Position numbers and translations under genes: made by a program. Under the pieces are notes generated by a model. The model saw only the letters and a list, made by a program, of their open reading frames with translations. It was not told the origin of the DNA and searched no databases. From the NCBI GenBank assembly GCA_032718475.1, contig JAUCBJ010007375.1, forward strand, positions 1-46,670: DNA of 46,670 nt, read 5' to 3'. Origin of the DNA: Nemertoderma westbladi (taxonomy: Eukaryota; Animalia; Xenacoelomorpha). Shown piece by piece: positions 24,301 through 40,300 of the stretch. How positions within the stretch are numbered: position 1 is the first letter of the stretch; every line of letters starts with the position of its first letter.

Positions 24301-27300
24301 CTGGCCATTGCATCCATGCATGTGTCTGCCACGAAGTCCAGATTCTAACTCACATACTTTGGCGGGTTGTAACCTTCGCCCGCGTCCAATCTTTGCCTGT
24401 GTCCAACCTTCCCCGGGGGAAACCTTCGCCCACAAGGCAATCTTCGCCCGCGAGTAACCTTCGCCCACAAGGCAATCTTCGCCCGCGAGTAACCTTCGCC
24501 CAATAAGAATTGTGTTAGTAACCACTTTAGTTACCAATTGAGGGAAAGGAGCAGGTTACACAGACGGCTTTTTTTTTAACCAAAACAATAATTGTTAAGC
24601 GGGTGAAGGTTGCTTGCGGGCGAAAATTGCCTGCGGGCGAAGGTTTCTGCCAGGTGATAGTTGCCCATTTTGAGGGCGAAGATTGCTCCGGGCGAAGATT
24701 TGACGCGGGCGAAGCTTTCTCGCTGGCGAAGTTTGCTGTGTACCCTTTGGTGGCTTCTTGAGGATACATATCTAGATAGTGTTAGCGTGCTGGTATCATG
24801 TATTCCTGAGGTGGGAGAGGTATTATTACGATTCATTAATACACTGATGTGTTCCAAATGCACTCCAAACTATGTTGGTATTAAAAGACCACTACCAGTA
24901 ACAGTGTGTGCCATAACGTTCGACTATTTAGGGCAGCAGTAACACCAGTACTCTTTTATATGGGAGTAAAACAGCACACACATCATTCAGTTTGATAATT
25001 GGCTTGCAGTAAGCTTCAGTGACGGTAGACCCAGAAACAGAGCGCCCCCAGAACTCACAGTCAGCCATATACAGTGCCGGCGGACCCAGCAACATAGCGC
25101 CCCCAGATCTCAAAGTCAGCCATATACAGTGTCGGCGGACCCAGAAACATAGCGCCCCCATATCTCACAGTCAGCCATATACAGTGCCGGCAGACCCAGA
25201 AACAGAGCGCCCCCACGAAACATAGCGCCCCCAGAACTCATGGTCAACCATATACAGTGCCAGCAGACCCAGAAACAGAGTGCCCCCAGAACTCACAGTC
25301 AGACATATACAGTGCCGGCGGACCCAGCAACATAGTGCCCCCAGATCTCACAGTCAGCCATATACAGTGCCGGCAGACCCAGAAACAGAGCGCCGCCAGG
25401 AAACATAGCGCCCCCAGATCTCACAGTCATCCATATACATACAGTGCCAGCTGACCCAGAAATATAGCGCCCCCAGAACTCATGGTCCACCACAGCCATA
25501 TACAGTGCCGGCAGACCCAGCAACATAGTACCCCCAGATCTCACAGTCAGCCATATACACTATACAGTGCCGGCAGACCCAGAAACATTGCGCCCCCAGA
25601 ACTCATGGTCATCCATATACAGTGCCGACAGACCCAGAAACAGAGCGCCCCCAGATCTCACAGTTAGCCATACACAGTGCCAGCAGACCCAATAATGATC
25701 AACCATACACAGTGCCAGCAGACCCAATAATGGTCAACGATACACTTAATAAAAGTAAAAAAGTAAATTTTCTTCGGCCGCTAGGCCAGGGATTACGCAC
25801 AAAGTCTGACGACTGTTTTCCAGTGCGGTCCCCCCAGAACTTTACTCCCCAGAGGAAACTCCAGTACACACTTTCCCAGTTCATCCTTATTCTCAAGTCC
25901 GGCATCCTTGAGCAAGCGTTTTAGGAATGTCACTGGCGGTCCACCACGTGTATTCTCAACAACAAGCTTTCAGCGTACAAGGTTGAGTACAGTTTGATTC
26001 TGTCAGCGAAACAAGTCTTCAAACGGTGTCTCTGCAGGGCAATGAGATAGTTGTACCACATTGCTTATGTATGCATCAAATGCAATGTTGTGCACCTTGG
26101 GCAGCATCCTGCTATATATACCATTCACTATTTAGTTTCGTTACTTTAACAGTTTGAATCAATCATGCAGCATATCACTCACCATGTATTGCATCCCTGA
26201 CTTATTTTTTCGCCTTTCGTGAATTCCTTATCCCTAAAATGGCAAGGGCAGTCAGCTTGTTCGACACACTGACCAGTAGCGACGTTCAAATAAAACCCTT
26301 CGTCACAGAAGCAACCCGGTATCAGATCGTCATAACAGGATTGGGGCAGCTCCCCCCCGCCCGCATAAGCGCACGTCTTTCGACATGCTGTACCGTAATC
26401 TGTGTAAACCTCTCGTTCATCGCATTCCTTTTCTGAATTAAATAAGATTAAAATTTTATTATAGGTAGGAAATAAAATTGAAATCATATATAAAATATGA
26501 CCAGAAAACAGAAAAATAATTAAGTGTAAGGTGGTGATTTTGGGCCACTTCGTTATTTTTACAAAGGTTCGTGAGTTTTTTCTTTTCAGTTTTCTGCAAA
26601 TATGAAATGCAAATAGTTTATTAGTGGTTTTTGCTTTCCACTTTTCAGAAATATGAAAAGCAAAAAATTTATTATTAGTTTTTTGCTTTCTCCTTTTAGA
26701 AATGTGTAAAGCAAAAAGTTTACTTAGAGATTCGTTTTTTGCTTTCTCGTTTTCAGAAATATGAAAAGCAAAAAATTTATTATTAGTTTTTTGCTTTCTC
26801 CTTTTAGAAATGTGTAAAGCAAAAAGTTTACTTAGAGATTCGTTTTTTGCTTTCTCGTTTTCAGAAATATGAAAAGCAAAAAATTTATTATTAGTTTTTT
26901 GCTTTCTCCTTTTAGAAATGTGTAAAGCAAAAAGTTTACTTAGAGATTCGTTTTTTGCTTTCTCGTTTTCAGAAATATGAATAAGCAAAAAGTTTATTAC
27001 CGACCGGTATTAGTGTCCCTACATACTGACATGCTGACCTACATACTGTACTATAACAATAGGTTATAGCCTATCAAAATATTACACATTTCTGAAAAGG
27101 AGAAAGAAAAAACTAATAATACACTTTTTGCTTTATATATTTCAGAAAAGGAGAAAGCAAAAACTAATAATATACTTTTTGCTTTTCATATTTTTAAAAA
27201 AGAGAAAGCAAAAACTTAATTAAAGAATGAAGTGGCTCGAAATCACCACCGTAGGTTAATTTTTGATTAATTTTTTTAAATTGGACACCATCCAGAATTC

Positions 27301-28320
27301 ACAGTGTCCCATACACTAATAGTGTCCCATACACTAATAGTGTCCCATACACTAATAGTGTCCCATACACTAATAGTGTCCCATACACTAATAGTGTCCC
27401 ATACACTAATAGTGTCCCATACACTAATAGTGTCCCATACACTAATAGTGTCCCATACACTAATAGTGTCCCATACACTAATAGTGTCCCATACACTAAT
27501 AGTGTCCCATAAACTAATAGCGCCCCACCCATACACTAATAGTGTCCCATACACTAATAGTGTCCCATACACTAATAGTGTCCCATACACTAATAGTGTC
27601 CCATACACAGTGTCCCATACACTAATAGTGTCCCATACACTAATAGTGTCCCATACACTAATAGTGTCCCATACACTAATAGTGTCCCATACACTAATAG
27701 TGTCCCATACACTAATAGTGTCCCATACACTAATAGTGTCCCATACACTAATAGTGTCCCATACACTAATAGTGTCCCATACACTAATAGTGTCCCATAC
27801 ACAGTGTCCCATACACAGTGTCCCATACACTAATAGTGTCCCATACACTAATAGTGTCCCATACACTAATAGTGTCCCATACACTAATAGTGTCCCATAC
27901 ACTAATAGTGTCCCATACACAGTGTCCCATACACTGACACTCATTAGTTCAGGCTGTTTTTTAAACAGGATCCTGGAAAACAATTGTAAATTGTATAAAA
28001 TTTTAAAATCTCAATTTCGATCCTATATATATATGAAAAAATGAAAATGAAAATGAAAACGCTCGGCAGCAGGGGATGCGGGAACGAAGCCTGGGCACAG
28101 TTCTCGGTGGAGTACGCAGACGGCTTCAGTTCGCGTTTCTCCGCTCAAACTCCCTCTGTTTGCGTCGTGGTCGGAGGCCGTGGAGGGCGTTAGGTTTCGG
28201 AGATGGATTTGCTGGACTGAGAGGTGCCGACCTCCCAGACGAGTATTAAAATTATAAATTGTTAAAATTATAAGTTGTGCTATATTTGAAAATATTCATA
28301 TGTATGAATAAATACGTCTT

Positions 28321-28357
<37 letters not shown>

Positions 28358-31300
28358 AAATTATAAATTTAACCGGTTGAATACTGAATTAATTAATGTG
28401 CTATATATTATAAATACAATGCTAATTTATTTATACATTGTATAATGTTCCAGAATAAATTGATTTAATGTTCCAGAATAAATTGATTTAATGTTCCAGA
28501 ATAAATTGATTTAATGTTCCAGAATAAATTGATTTAATGTTCCAGAACAAATTGATTTAATGTTCCAGAATAAATTGATTTAATGTTCCAGAATAAATTG
28601 ATTTAATGTTCCAGATTTTAGCAATAGTTCATTCAATAATAATAGTAATAATAGTTCTAAATTATTATTAATATTATTAAATTATTAGTTAAATTAAATT
28701 TAGTATTAACTAACATATATTTAATTATGTATTATTATATTATAGTTTTCTTGGTTTATTTAATTTCACAATAAGGCGTCTTTGTGGATCGCAGTTTCCG
28801 AGTGGATACGGTGCCTGAACTGCTTCACAATAGTGTTTGGTGGCGCAGGTTCGAATCCAACTAAAGGCTGTATAAATTTCGTACTGATGTTTCCCTATGC
28901 AAGACACTTTAGACATTAGTGCTTACGCCAACTAAGCGGTATAATGGGAACCTGGTTTGCTGGGTGAAACATGCGCGAAATCGCGCAAAGGTCCGCGTCT
29001 ACTCACACGTGAACTGTCTCCTCCTTGAATGGCTTACTACTAATCTTACTACCAAAAAAATTTACCGGTAAGTGGAGTTGAACTCGGTACCTAGATATTC
29101 CAAGTCCAACGCTCTACCAACTTCGTCACTGCGCTGTATGAAGCCTTGTAAAACTAAAAGCTAAATGGAAATTAACAACAACAACAACAACAACACCAAC
29201 AACAACAACAACGGAGTGAATACTGGAGGTCTCGCTACGTGAACCTAAAAAAAAATTGCGCCCTGATAAAGCTGGCACCTCTAAGGGCGCCTGCAATAAC
29301 AAATATAAATGTTAAATTTAACTTAATATTGTGTATTCATTTTCCCCAGTATTGTACTAATTTGCTGTCTATACCATTCAGATAAGGATTCATTTCAGTG
29401 CCTCCTTAGCCCTTTTCAGAAAATATATATTTTAATAAATGTTATTAAATTATAAATAAATTTGTTAAAATATGTTTTACTTACCACACATATTCGTTGT
29501 TCTCCATGTCAGTTGGATATCATTTATTGAGCATTGCATAGCGTATCGCTCAAACACGAAACACTTTGCTGCCAATTGTTCTTCAGCATTCTGACTGTCG
29601 CAGAAATCGTACATGCAATCGTAAATGAAAGAATTCGGATTGACCTGAAAGGTATGGATGGATGGGTTAGATTATTGCCTGATGTTATGGATGGATGGGT
29701 TAGATTATTGCCTGAAGGTATGGATGGATGGGTTAGGTTATTGCCTGATGTTAGGGATGGATGGGTTAGATTATTACCTGAAGGTTTGGATGGATGGGTT
29801 AGATTATTGCCTGATGTTATGGATGGATGGGTTAGATTATTGCCAGAAGGTATGGATGGATGGGTTAGATTATTGCCAGAAGGTATGGGTGGATGGGTTA
29901 GATTATTACCTGAAGGTTTGGATGGATGGGTTAGATTATTGCCTGAAGTTATGGATGGATGGGTTAGATTATTGCCAGAAGGTATGGGTGGATGGGTTAG
30001 ATTATTGCCTGAAGGTATGGGTGGATGGGTTAGATTATTACCTGAAGGTTTGGATGGATGGGTTAGATTATTGCCTGAAGTTATGGATGGATGGGTTAGA
30101 TTATTGCCTGAAGGTATGGATGGATGGGTTAGATTATTGCCTGAAGGTGAGGATGGATGGGTTAAATTATTGCCTGATGTTATGGATGGATGGGTTAGAT
30201 TATTACCTGAAGGTTTGGATGGATGGATTAGATTATTGCCTGAAGTTATGGATGGATGGGTTAGATTATTGCCTGAAGGTGAGGATGGATGGGTTAAATT
30301 ATTGCCTGATGTTATGGATGGATGGGTTAGATTATTGCCTGAAGGTATGGATGGATGGGTTAGATTATTGCATGATGTTATGGATGGATGGGTTAGATTA
30401 TTGCCTGATGTTATGGATGGATGGGTTAGATTATTGCCTGAAGGTATGGATGGATGGGTTAGATTATTGCCTGAAGTTATGGATGGATGGGTTAGATTAT
30501 TGCCTGAAGTTATGGATGGATGGGGTAGATTATTGCCTGAAGGTATGGGTGGATGGGTTAGATTATTACCTGAAGGTTTGGATGGATGGGTTAGATTATT
30601 GCCTGAAGTTATGGATGGATGGGTTAGATTATTGCCTGAAGGTATGGATGGATGGGTTAGATTATTGCCTGAAGGTGAGGATGGATGGGTTAAATTATTG
30701 CCTGATGTTATGGATGAATGGGTTAGATTATTACCTGAAGGTTTGGATGGATGGGTTAGATTATTGCCTGAAGTTATGGATGGATGGGTTAGATTATTGC
30801 CTGAAGGTATGGATGGATGGGTTAGATTATTGCCTGAAGGTGAGGATGGATGGGTTAAATTATTGCCTGATGTTATGGATGGATGGGTTAGATTATTGCC
30901 TGAAGGTATGGATGGATGGGTTAGATTATTGCATGATGTTATGGATGGATGGGTTAGATTATTGCCTGATGTTATGGATGGATGGGTTAGATTTTTGCCT
31001 GAAGGTATGGATGGATGGGTTAGATTATTGCCTGAAGTTATGGATGGATGGGTTAGATTATTGCCTGAAGGTATGGATGGATGGGTTAGATTATTGCCTG
31101 AAGGTGAGGATGGATGGGTTAAATTATTGCCTGATGTTATGGATGGATGGGTTAGATTATTGCCTGAAGGTATGGATGGATGAGTTAGATTATTGCCTGA
31201 AGGTGAGGATGGATGGGTTAAATTATTGCCTGATGTTATGGATGGATGGGTTAGATTATTGCCTGAAGGTATGGATGGATGGGTTAGATTATTGCCTGAA

Positions 31301-34300
31301 GGTATGGATGGATGGGTTAGATTATTGCCAGAAGGTATGGGTGGACGGGTTAGATTATTGCCTGATGTTATGGATGGATGGGTTAGATTATTGCCTGAAG
31401 GTATGGATGGATGGGTTAGATTATTGCCTGAAGTTATGGATGGATGGGTTAGATTATTGCCTGAAGGTATGGATGGATGGGTTAGATTATTGCCTGAAGG
31501 TGAGGATGGATGGGTTAAATTATTGCCTGATGTTATGGATGGATGGGTTAGATTATTGCCTGAAGGTATGGATGGATGGGTTAGATTATTGCCTGATGTT
31601 ATGGATGGATGGGTTAGATTATTGCCTGATGTTATGGATGGATGGGTTAGATTATTGCCTGATGTTATGGATGGATGGGTTAGATTATTGCCTGAAGTTA
31701 TGGATGGATGGGTTAGATTATTGCCTGAAGTTATGGATGGATGGGTTAGATTATTGCCTGAAGGTATGGATGGATGGGTTAGATTATTGCCTGATGTTAT
31801 GGATGGATGGGTTAGATTATTGCCTGAAGGTATGGATGGATGGGTTAGATTATTGCCTGATGTTATGGATGGATGGGTTAGATTATTGCCTGATGTTATG
31901 GATGGATGGGTTAGATTATTGCCTGAAGGTATGGATGGATGGGTTAGATTATTGCCTGAAGTTATGGATGGATGGGTTAGATTATTGCCTGAAGGTATGG
32001 ATGGATGGGTTAGATTATTGCATGATGTTATGGATGGATGGGTTAGATTATTGCCTGATGTTATGGATGGATGGGTTAGATTATTGCCTGAAGTTATGGA
32101 TGGATGGGTTAGATTATTGCCTGAAGGTATGGATGGATGGGTTAGATTATTGCCAGAAGGTATGGATGGATGGGTTAGATTATTGCCTGAAGGTATGGAT
32201 GGATGGGTTAGATTATTGCCTGAAGGTATGGATGGATGGGTTAGATTATTGCCTGATGTTATGGATGGATGGGTTAGATTATTGCCAGAAGGTATGGGTG
32301 GATGGGTTAGATTATTACCTGAAGGTTTGGATGGATGGGTTAGATTATTGCCTGAAGGTATGGATGGATGGGTTAGATTATTGCCTGAAGGTATGGATGG
32401 ATGGGTTAGATTATTGCCTGAAGGTATGGATGGATGGGTTAGATTATTGCCTGAAGTTATGGATGGATGGGTTAGATTATTGCCTGAAGGTATGGATGGA
32501 TGGGTTAGATTATTGCCTGAAGGTGAGGATGGATGGGTTAAATTATTGCCTGATGTTATGGATGGATGGGTTAGATTATTGCCTGAAGGTATGGATGGAT
32601 GGGTTAGATTATTGCCTGAAGGTATGGATGGATGGGTTAGATTATTGCCTGAAGGTGAGGATGGATGGGTTAAATTATTGCCTGATGTTATGGATGGATG
32701 GGTTAGATTATTGCCTGAAGGTATGGATGGATGGTTTAGATTATTACCTGAAGGTATGGATGGATGGGTTGGATTATTACCTGAAGGTATGGATGGATGG
32801 GTTAGATTATTGCATGATGTTATGGATGGATGGGTTGGATTATTACCTGAAGGTATGGATGGATGGTTTAGATTATTACCTGAAGGTATGGATGGATGGG
32901 TTGGATTATTACCTGAAGGTATGGATGGATGGTTTAGATTATTACCTGAAGGTATGGATGGATGGGTTAGATTATTACCTGAAGGTATGGATGGGTGGGT
33001 TAGATTATTGCCTGAAGGTATGGATGGATGGGTTAGATTATTGCCTGATGTTATGGATGGATGGGTTGGATTATTGCCTGAAGGTGAGGATGGATGGGTT
33101 AGATTATTGCCAGAAGGTATGGATGGATGGGTTAGATTATTGCCTGAAGTTATGGATGGATGGGTTAGATTATTGCCTGAAGGTATGGATGGATGGGTTA
33201 GATTATTGCCTGAAGGTATGGATGGATGGGTTAGATTATTGCCTGATGTTATGGATGGATGGGTTAGATTATTGCCAGAAGGTATGGGTGGATGGGTTAG
33301 ATTATTACCTGAAGGTTTGGATGGATGGGTTAGATTATTGCCAGAAGGTATGGGTGGACGGGTTAGATTATTGCCTGATGTTATGGATGGATGGGTTAGA
33401 TTATTGCCTGAAGGTATGGATGGATGGGTTAGATTATTGCCTGAAGTTATGGATGGATGGGTTAGATTATTGCCTGAAGGTATGGATGGATGGGTTAGAT
33501 TATTGCCTGAAGGTGAGGATGGATGGGTTAAATTATTGCCTGATGTTATGGATGGATGGGTTAGATTATTGCCTGAAGGTATGGATGGATGGGTTAGATT
33601 ATTGCCTGATGTTATGGATGGATGGGTTAGATTATTGCCTGATGTTATGGATGGATGGGTTAGATTATTGCCTGAAGTTATGGATGGATGGGTTAGATTA
33701 TTGCCTGAAGGTATGGATGGATGGGTTAGATTATTGCCTGATGTTATGGATGGATGGGTTAGATTATTGCCTGAAGGTATGGATGGATGGGTTAGATTAT
33801 TGCCTGATGTTATGGATGGATGGGTTAGATTATTGCCTGAAGGTATGGATGGATGGGTTAGATTATTGCCTGAAGGTATGGATGGATGGGTTAGATTATT
33901 GCATGATGTTATGGATGGATGGGTTAGATTATTGCATGATGTTATGGATGGATGGGTTAGATTATTGCCTGAAGTTATGGATGGATGGGTTAGATTATTG
34001 CCTGAAGGTATGGATGGATGGGTTAGATTATTGCCTGAAGGTGAGGATGGATGGGTTAAATTATTGCCTGATGTTATGGATGGATGGGTTAGATTATTGC
34101 CTGAAGGTATGGATGGATGGGTTAGATTATTGCCTGATGTTATGGATGGATGGGTTAGATTATTGCCTGAAGGTGAGGATGGATGGGTTAGATTATTGCC
34201 AGAAGGTATGGGTGGACGGGTTAGATTATTGCCTGAAGGTATGGATGGATGGGTTAGATTATTGCATGATGTTATGGATGGATGGGTTAGATTATTGCCT

Positions 34301-37300
34301 GATGTTATGGATGGATGGGTTAGATTATTGCCTGAAGTTATGGATGGATGGGTTAGATTATTGCCTGATGTTATGGATGGATGGGTTAGATTATTGCCTG
34401 AAGGTATGGATGGATGGGTTAGATTATTGCATGATGTTATGGATGGATGGGTTAGATTATTGCCTGAAGGTGAGGATGGATGGGTTAAATTATTGCCTGA
34501 TGTTATGGATGGATGGGTTAGATTATTGCCTGAAGGTATGGATGGATGGGTTAGATTATTGCATGATGTTATGGATGGATGGGTTAGATTATTGCCTGAT
34601 GTTATGGATGGATGGGTTAGATTATTGCCTGAAGTTATGGATGGATGGGTTAGATTATTGCCTGAAGGTATGGATGGATGGGTTAGATTATTGCCTGATG
34701 TTATGGATGGATGGGTTAGATTATTGCCTGAAGGTATGGATGGATGGGTTAGATTATTGCCTGATGTTATGGATGGATGGGTTAGATTATTGCCTGAAGG
34801 TATGGATGGATGGGTTAGATTATTGCATGATGTTATGGATGGATGGGTTAGATTATTGCCTGAAGTTATGGATGGATGGGTTAGATTATTGCCTGAAGGT
34901 ATGGATGGATGGGTTAGATTATTGCCTGAAGGTGAGGATGGATGGGTTAAATTATTGCCTGATGTTATGGATGGATGGGTTAGATTATTGCCTGAAGGTA
35001 TGGATGGATGGGTTAGATTATTGCCTGATGTTATGGATGGATGGGTTAGATTATTGCCTGAAGGTGAGGATGGATGGGTTAGATTATTGCCAGAAGGTAT
35101 GGGTGGACGGGTTAGATTATTGCCTGATGTTATGGATGGATGGGTTAGATTATTGCCTGAAGGTGAGGATGGATGGGTTAAATTTTTGCATGATGTTATG
35201 GATGGATGGGTTAGATTATTGCCTGAAGTTATGGATGGATGGGTTAGATTATTGCCAGAAGGTATGGGTGGACGGGTTAGATTATTGCCTGATGTTATGG
35301 ATGGATGGGTTAGATTATTACCTGAATGTATGGATGGATGGGTTAGATTATTACCTGAAGGTATGGATGGATGGGTTAGATTATTGCCAGAAGGTATGGA
35401 TGGATGGGTTAGATTATTGCCTGAAGGTGAGGATGGATGGGTTAGATTATTGCATGATGTTATGGATGGATGGGTTAGATTATTGCCTGAAGTTATGGAT
35501 GGATGGGTTAGATTATTGCCAGAAGGTATGGGTGGACGGGTTAGATTATTGCCTGATGTTATGGATGGATGGGTTAGATTATTACCTGAATGTATGGATG
35601 GATGGGTTAGATTATTACCTGAAGGTATGGATGGATGGGTTAGATTATTGCCAGAAGGTATGGATGGATGGGTTAGATTATTGCCTGAAGGTGAGGATGG
35701 ATGGGTTAAATTATTGCCTGATGTTATGGATGGATGGGTTAGATTATTGCCTGAAGGTATGGATGGATGGGTTAGATTATTGCCTGATGTTATGGATGGA
35801 TGGGTTAGATTATTGCCTGAAGGTGAGGATGGATGGGTTAAATTATTGCCTGATGTTATGGATGGATGGGTTAGATTATTGCCTGAAGGTATGGATGGAT
35901 GGGTTAGATTATTGCCTGAAGGTATGGATGGATGGGTTAGATTATTGCCTGAAGGTATGGATGGATGGGTTAGATTATTGCCTGAAGGTATGGATGGATG
36001 GGTTAGATTATTGCCTGAAGGTATGGATGGATGGGTTAGATTATTGCCTGAAGGTGAGGATGGATGGGTTAAATTATTGCCTGATGTTATGGATGGATGG
36101 GTTAGATTATTGCCTGAAGGTATGGATGGATGGGTTAGATTATTGCCTGATGTTATGGATGGATGGGTTAGATTATTGCCTGAAGGTATGGATGGATGGG
36201 TTAGATTATTGCATGATGTTATGGATGGATGGGTTAGATTATTGCCTGATGTTATGGATGGATGGGTTAGATTATTGCCTGAAGTTATGGATGGATGGGT
36301 TAGATTATTGCCTGAAGGTATGGATGGACGGGTTAGATTATTGCCTGATGTTATGGATGGATGGGTTAGATTATTGCCTGATGTTATGGATGGATGGGTT
36401 AGATTATTGCCTGAAGGTATGGATGGATGGGTTAGATTATTGCCTGATGTTATGGATGGATGGGTTAGATTATTGCCTGATGTTATGGATGGATGGGTTA
36501 GATTATTGCCTGAAGGTATGGATGGATGGGTTAGATTATTGCCTGATGTTATGGATGGATGGGTTAGATTATTGCCTGAAGGTATGGATGGATGGGTTAG
36601 ATTATTGCATGATGTTATGGATGGATGGGTTAGATTATTGCCTGAAGGTATGGATGGATGGGTTAGATTATTGCCTGAAGGTATGGATGGATGGGTTAGA
36701 TTATTGCCTGAAGGTGAGGATGGATGGGTTAAATTATTGCCTGATGTTATGGATGGATGGGTTAGATTATTGCCTGAAGGTATGGATGGATGGGTTAGAT
36801 TATTGCCTGATGTTATGGATGGATGGGTTAGATTATTGCCTGAAGGTATGGATGGATGGGTTAGATTATTGCATGATGTTATGGATGGATGGGTTAGATT
36901 ATTGCCTGATGTTATGGATGGATGGGTTAGATTATTGCCTGAAGTTATGGATGGATGGGTTAGATTATTGCCTGAAGGTATGGATGGATGGGTTAGATTA
37001 TTGCCTGATGTTATGGATGGACGGGTTAGATTATTGCCTGAAGGTATGGATGGATGGGTTAGATTATTGCCTGAAGGTGAGGATGGATGGGTTAAATTAT
37101 TGCCTGATGTTATGGATGGATGGGTTAGATTATTGCCTGAAGGTATGGATGGATGGGTTAGATTATTGCCTGAAGGTGAGGATGGATGGGTTAAATTATT
37201 GCCTGATGTTATGGATGGATGGGTTAGATTATTGCCTGAAGGTGAGGATGGATGGGTTAAATTATTGCCTGATGTTATGGATGGATGGGTTAGATTATTG

Positions 37301-40300
37301 CCTGATGTTGTGGATGGATGGGTTAGATTATTGCCTGAAGGTATGGATGGATGGGTTAGATTATTGCCTGATGTTATGGATGGATGGGTTAGATTATTGC
37401 CTGAAGGTATGGATGGATGGGTTAGATTATTGCATGATGTTATGGATGGATGGGTTAGATTATTGCCTGAAGGTATGGATGGATGGGTTAGATTATTGCC
37501 TGAAGGTATGGATGGATGGGTTAGATTATTGCCTGAAGGTGAGGATGGATGGGTTAAATTATTGCCTGATGTTATGGATGGATGGGTTAGATTATTGCCT
37601 GAAGGTATGGATGGATGGGTTAGATTATTGCCTGATGTTATGGATGGATGGGTTAGATTATTGCCTGAAGGTATGGATGGATGGGTTAGATTATTGCATG
37701 ATGTTATGGATGGATGGGTTAGATTATTGCCTGATGTTATGGATGGATGGGTTAGATTATTGCCTGAAGTTATGGATGGATGGGTTAGATTATTGCCTGA
37801 AGGTATGGATGGATGGGTTAGATTATTGCCTGATGTTATGGATGGATGGGTTAGATTATTGCCTGAAGGTATGGATGGATGGGTTAGATTATTGCCTGAA
37901 GGTGAGGATGGATGGGTTAAATTATTGCCTGATGTTATGGATGGATGGGTTAGATTATTGCCTGAAGGTATGGATGGATGGGTTAGATTATTGCCTGAAG
38001 GTGAGGATGGATGGGTTAAATTATTGCCTGATGTTATGGATGGATGGGTTAGATTATTGCCTGAAGGTATGGATGGATGGGTTAGATTATTGCCTGATGT
38101 TATGGATGGATGGGTTAGATTATTGCCTGAAGGTATGGATGGATGGGTTAGATTATTGCATGATGTTATGGATGGATGGGTTAGATTATTGCCTGATGTT
38201 ATGGATGGATGGGTTAGATTATTGCCTGAAGTTATGGATGGATGGGTTAGATTATTGCCTGAAGGTATGGATGGATGGGTTAGATTATTGCCTGAAGTTA
38301 TGGATGGATGGGTTAGATTATTGCCTGAAGTTATGGATGGATGGGTTAGATTATTGCCAGAAGGTATGGGTGGATGGGTTAGATTATTACCTGAAGGTTT
38401 GGATGGATGGGTTGGATTATTGCCTGAAGTTATGGATGGATGGGTTAGATTATTGCCTGAAGGTATGGATGGATGGGTTAGATTATTGCCTGAAGGTATG
38501 GATGGATGGGTTAGATTATTGCCTGAAGGTGAGGATGGATGGGTTAAATTATTGCCTGATGTTATGGATGGATGGGTTAGATTATTGCCTGAAGGTATGG
38601 ATGGATGGGTTAGATTATTGCCTGATGTTATGGATGGATGGGTTAGATTATTGCCTGAAGGTATGGATGGATGGGTTAGATTATTGCATGATGTTATGGA
38701 TGGATGGGTTAGATTATTGCCTGATGTTATGGATGGATGGGTTAGATTATTGCCTGAAGTTATGGATGGATGGGTTAGATTATTGCCTGAAGGTATGGAT
38801 GGATGGGTTAGATTATTGCCTGATGTTATGGATGGATGGGTTAGATTATTGCCTGAAGGTATGGATGGATGGGTTAGATTATTGCCTGAAGGTGAGGATG
38901 GATGGGTTAAATTATTGCCTGATGTTATGGATGGATGGGTTAGATTATTGCCAGAAGGTATGGGTGGATGGGTTAGATTATTACCTGAAGGTTTGGATGG
39001 ATGGGTTAGATTATTGCCTGAAGTTATGGATGGATGGGTTAGATTATTGCCTGAAGTTATGGATGGATGGGTTAGATTATTGCCTGAAGTTATGGATGGA
39101 TGGGTTAGATTATTGCCAGAAGGTATGGGTGGATGGGTTAGATTATTACCTGAAGGTTTGGATGGATGGGTTAGATTATTGCCTGAAGTTATGGATGGAT
39201 GGGTTAGATTATTGCCTGAAGGTATGGATGGATGGGTTAGATTATTGCCTGAAGGTATGGATGGATGGGTTAGATTATTGCCTGAAGGTGAGGATGGATG
39301 GGATAAATTATTGCCTGATGTTATGGATGGATGGGTTAGATTATTGCCTGAAGGTATGGATGGATGGGTTAGATTATTGCCTGATGTTATGGATGGATGG
39401 GTTAGATTATTGCCTGAAGGTATGGATGGATGGGTTAGATTATTGCATGATGTTATGGATGGATGGGTTAGATTATTGCCTGATGTTATGGATGGATGGG
39501 TTAGATTATTGCCTGAATTTATGGATGGATGGGTTAGATTATTGCCTGAAGGTATGGATGGATGGGTTAGATTATTGCCTGATGTTATGGATGGATGGGT
39601 TAGATTATTGCCTGAAGGTATGGATGGATGGGTTAGATTATTGCCTGAAGGTGAGGATGGATGGGTTAAATTATTGCCTGATGTTATGGATGGATGGGTT
39701 AGATTATTGCCTGAAGGTATGGATGGATGGGTTAGATTATTGCCTGAAGGTGAGGATGGATGGGTTAAATTATTGCCTGATGTTATGGATGGATGGGTTA
39801 GATTATTGCCTAAAGGTGAGGATGGATGGGTTAAATTATTGCCTGATGTTATGGATGGATGGGTTAGATTATTGCCTGATGTTATGGATGGATGGGTTAG
39901 ATTATTGCCTGAAGGTATGGATGGATGGGTTAGATTATTGCCTGATGTTATGGATGGATGGGTTAGATTATTGCCTGAAGGTATGGATGGATGGGTTAGA
40001 TTATCGCATGATGTTATGGATGGATGGGTTAGATTATTGCCTGAAGGTATGGATGGATGGGTTAGATTATTGCCTGAAGGTATGGATGGATGGGTTAGAT
40101 TATTGCCTGAAGGTGAGGATGGATGGGTTAAATTATTGCCTGATGTTATGGATGGATGGGTTAGATTATTGCCTGAAGGTATGGATGGATGGGTTAGATT
40201 ATTGCCTGATGTTATGGATGGATGGGTTAGATTATTGCCTGAAGGTATGGATGGATGGGTTAGATTATTGCATGATGTTATGGATGGATGGGTTAGATTA

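Noticed and set aside
26433-26988. N-terminal repeats of the 269-aa ORF
   Set aside because: Read-through of the 108-bp MITE array; only 26183-26432 is exon.
27276-28044. Repetitive ORFs (SHTLIV, WDTISV, YGTLLV)
   Set aside because: Translations of the 18-bp minisatellite.
25021-28615. CRISPR-like appearance of the tandem arrays
   Set aside because: No unique spacers, no cas genes, eukaryotic context.
28785-29135. Possible tRNA genes (also 19445-19520)
   Set aside because: A and B boxes are present but acceptor and anticodon stems do not pair; better read as SINE heads.
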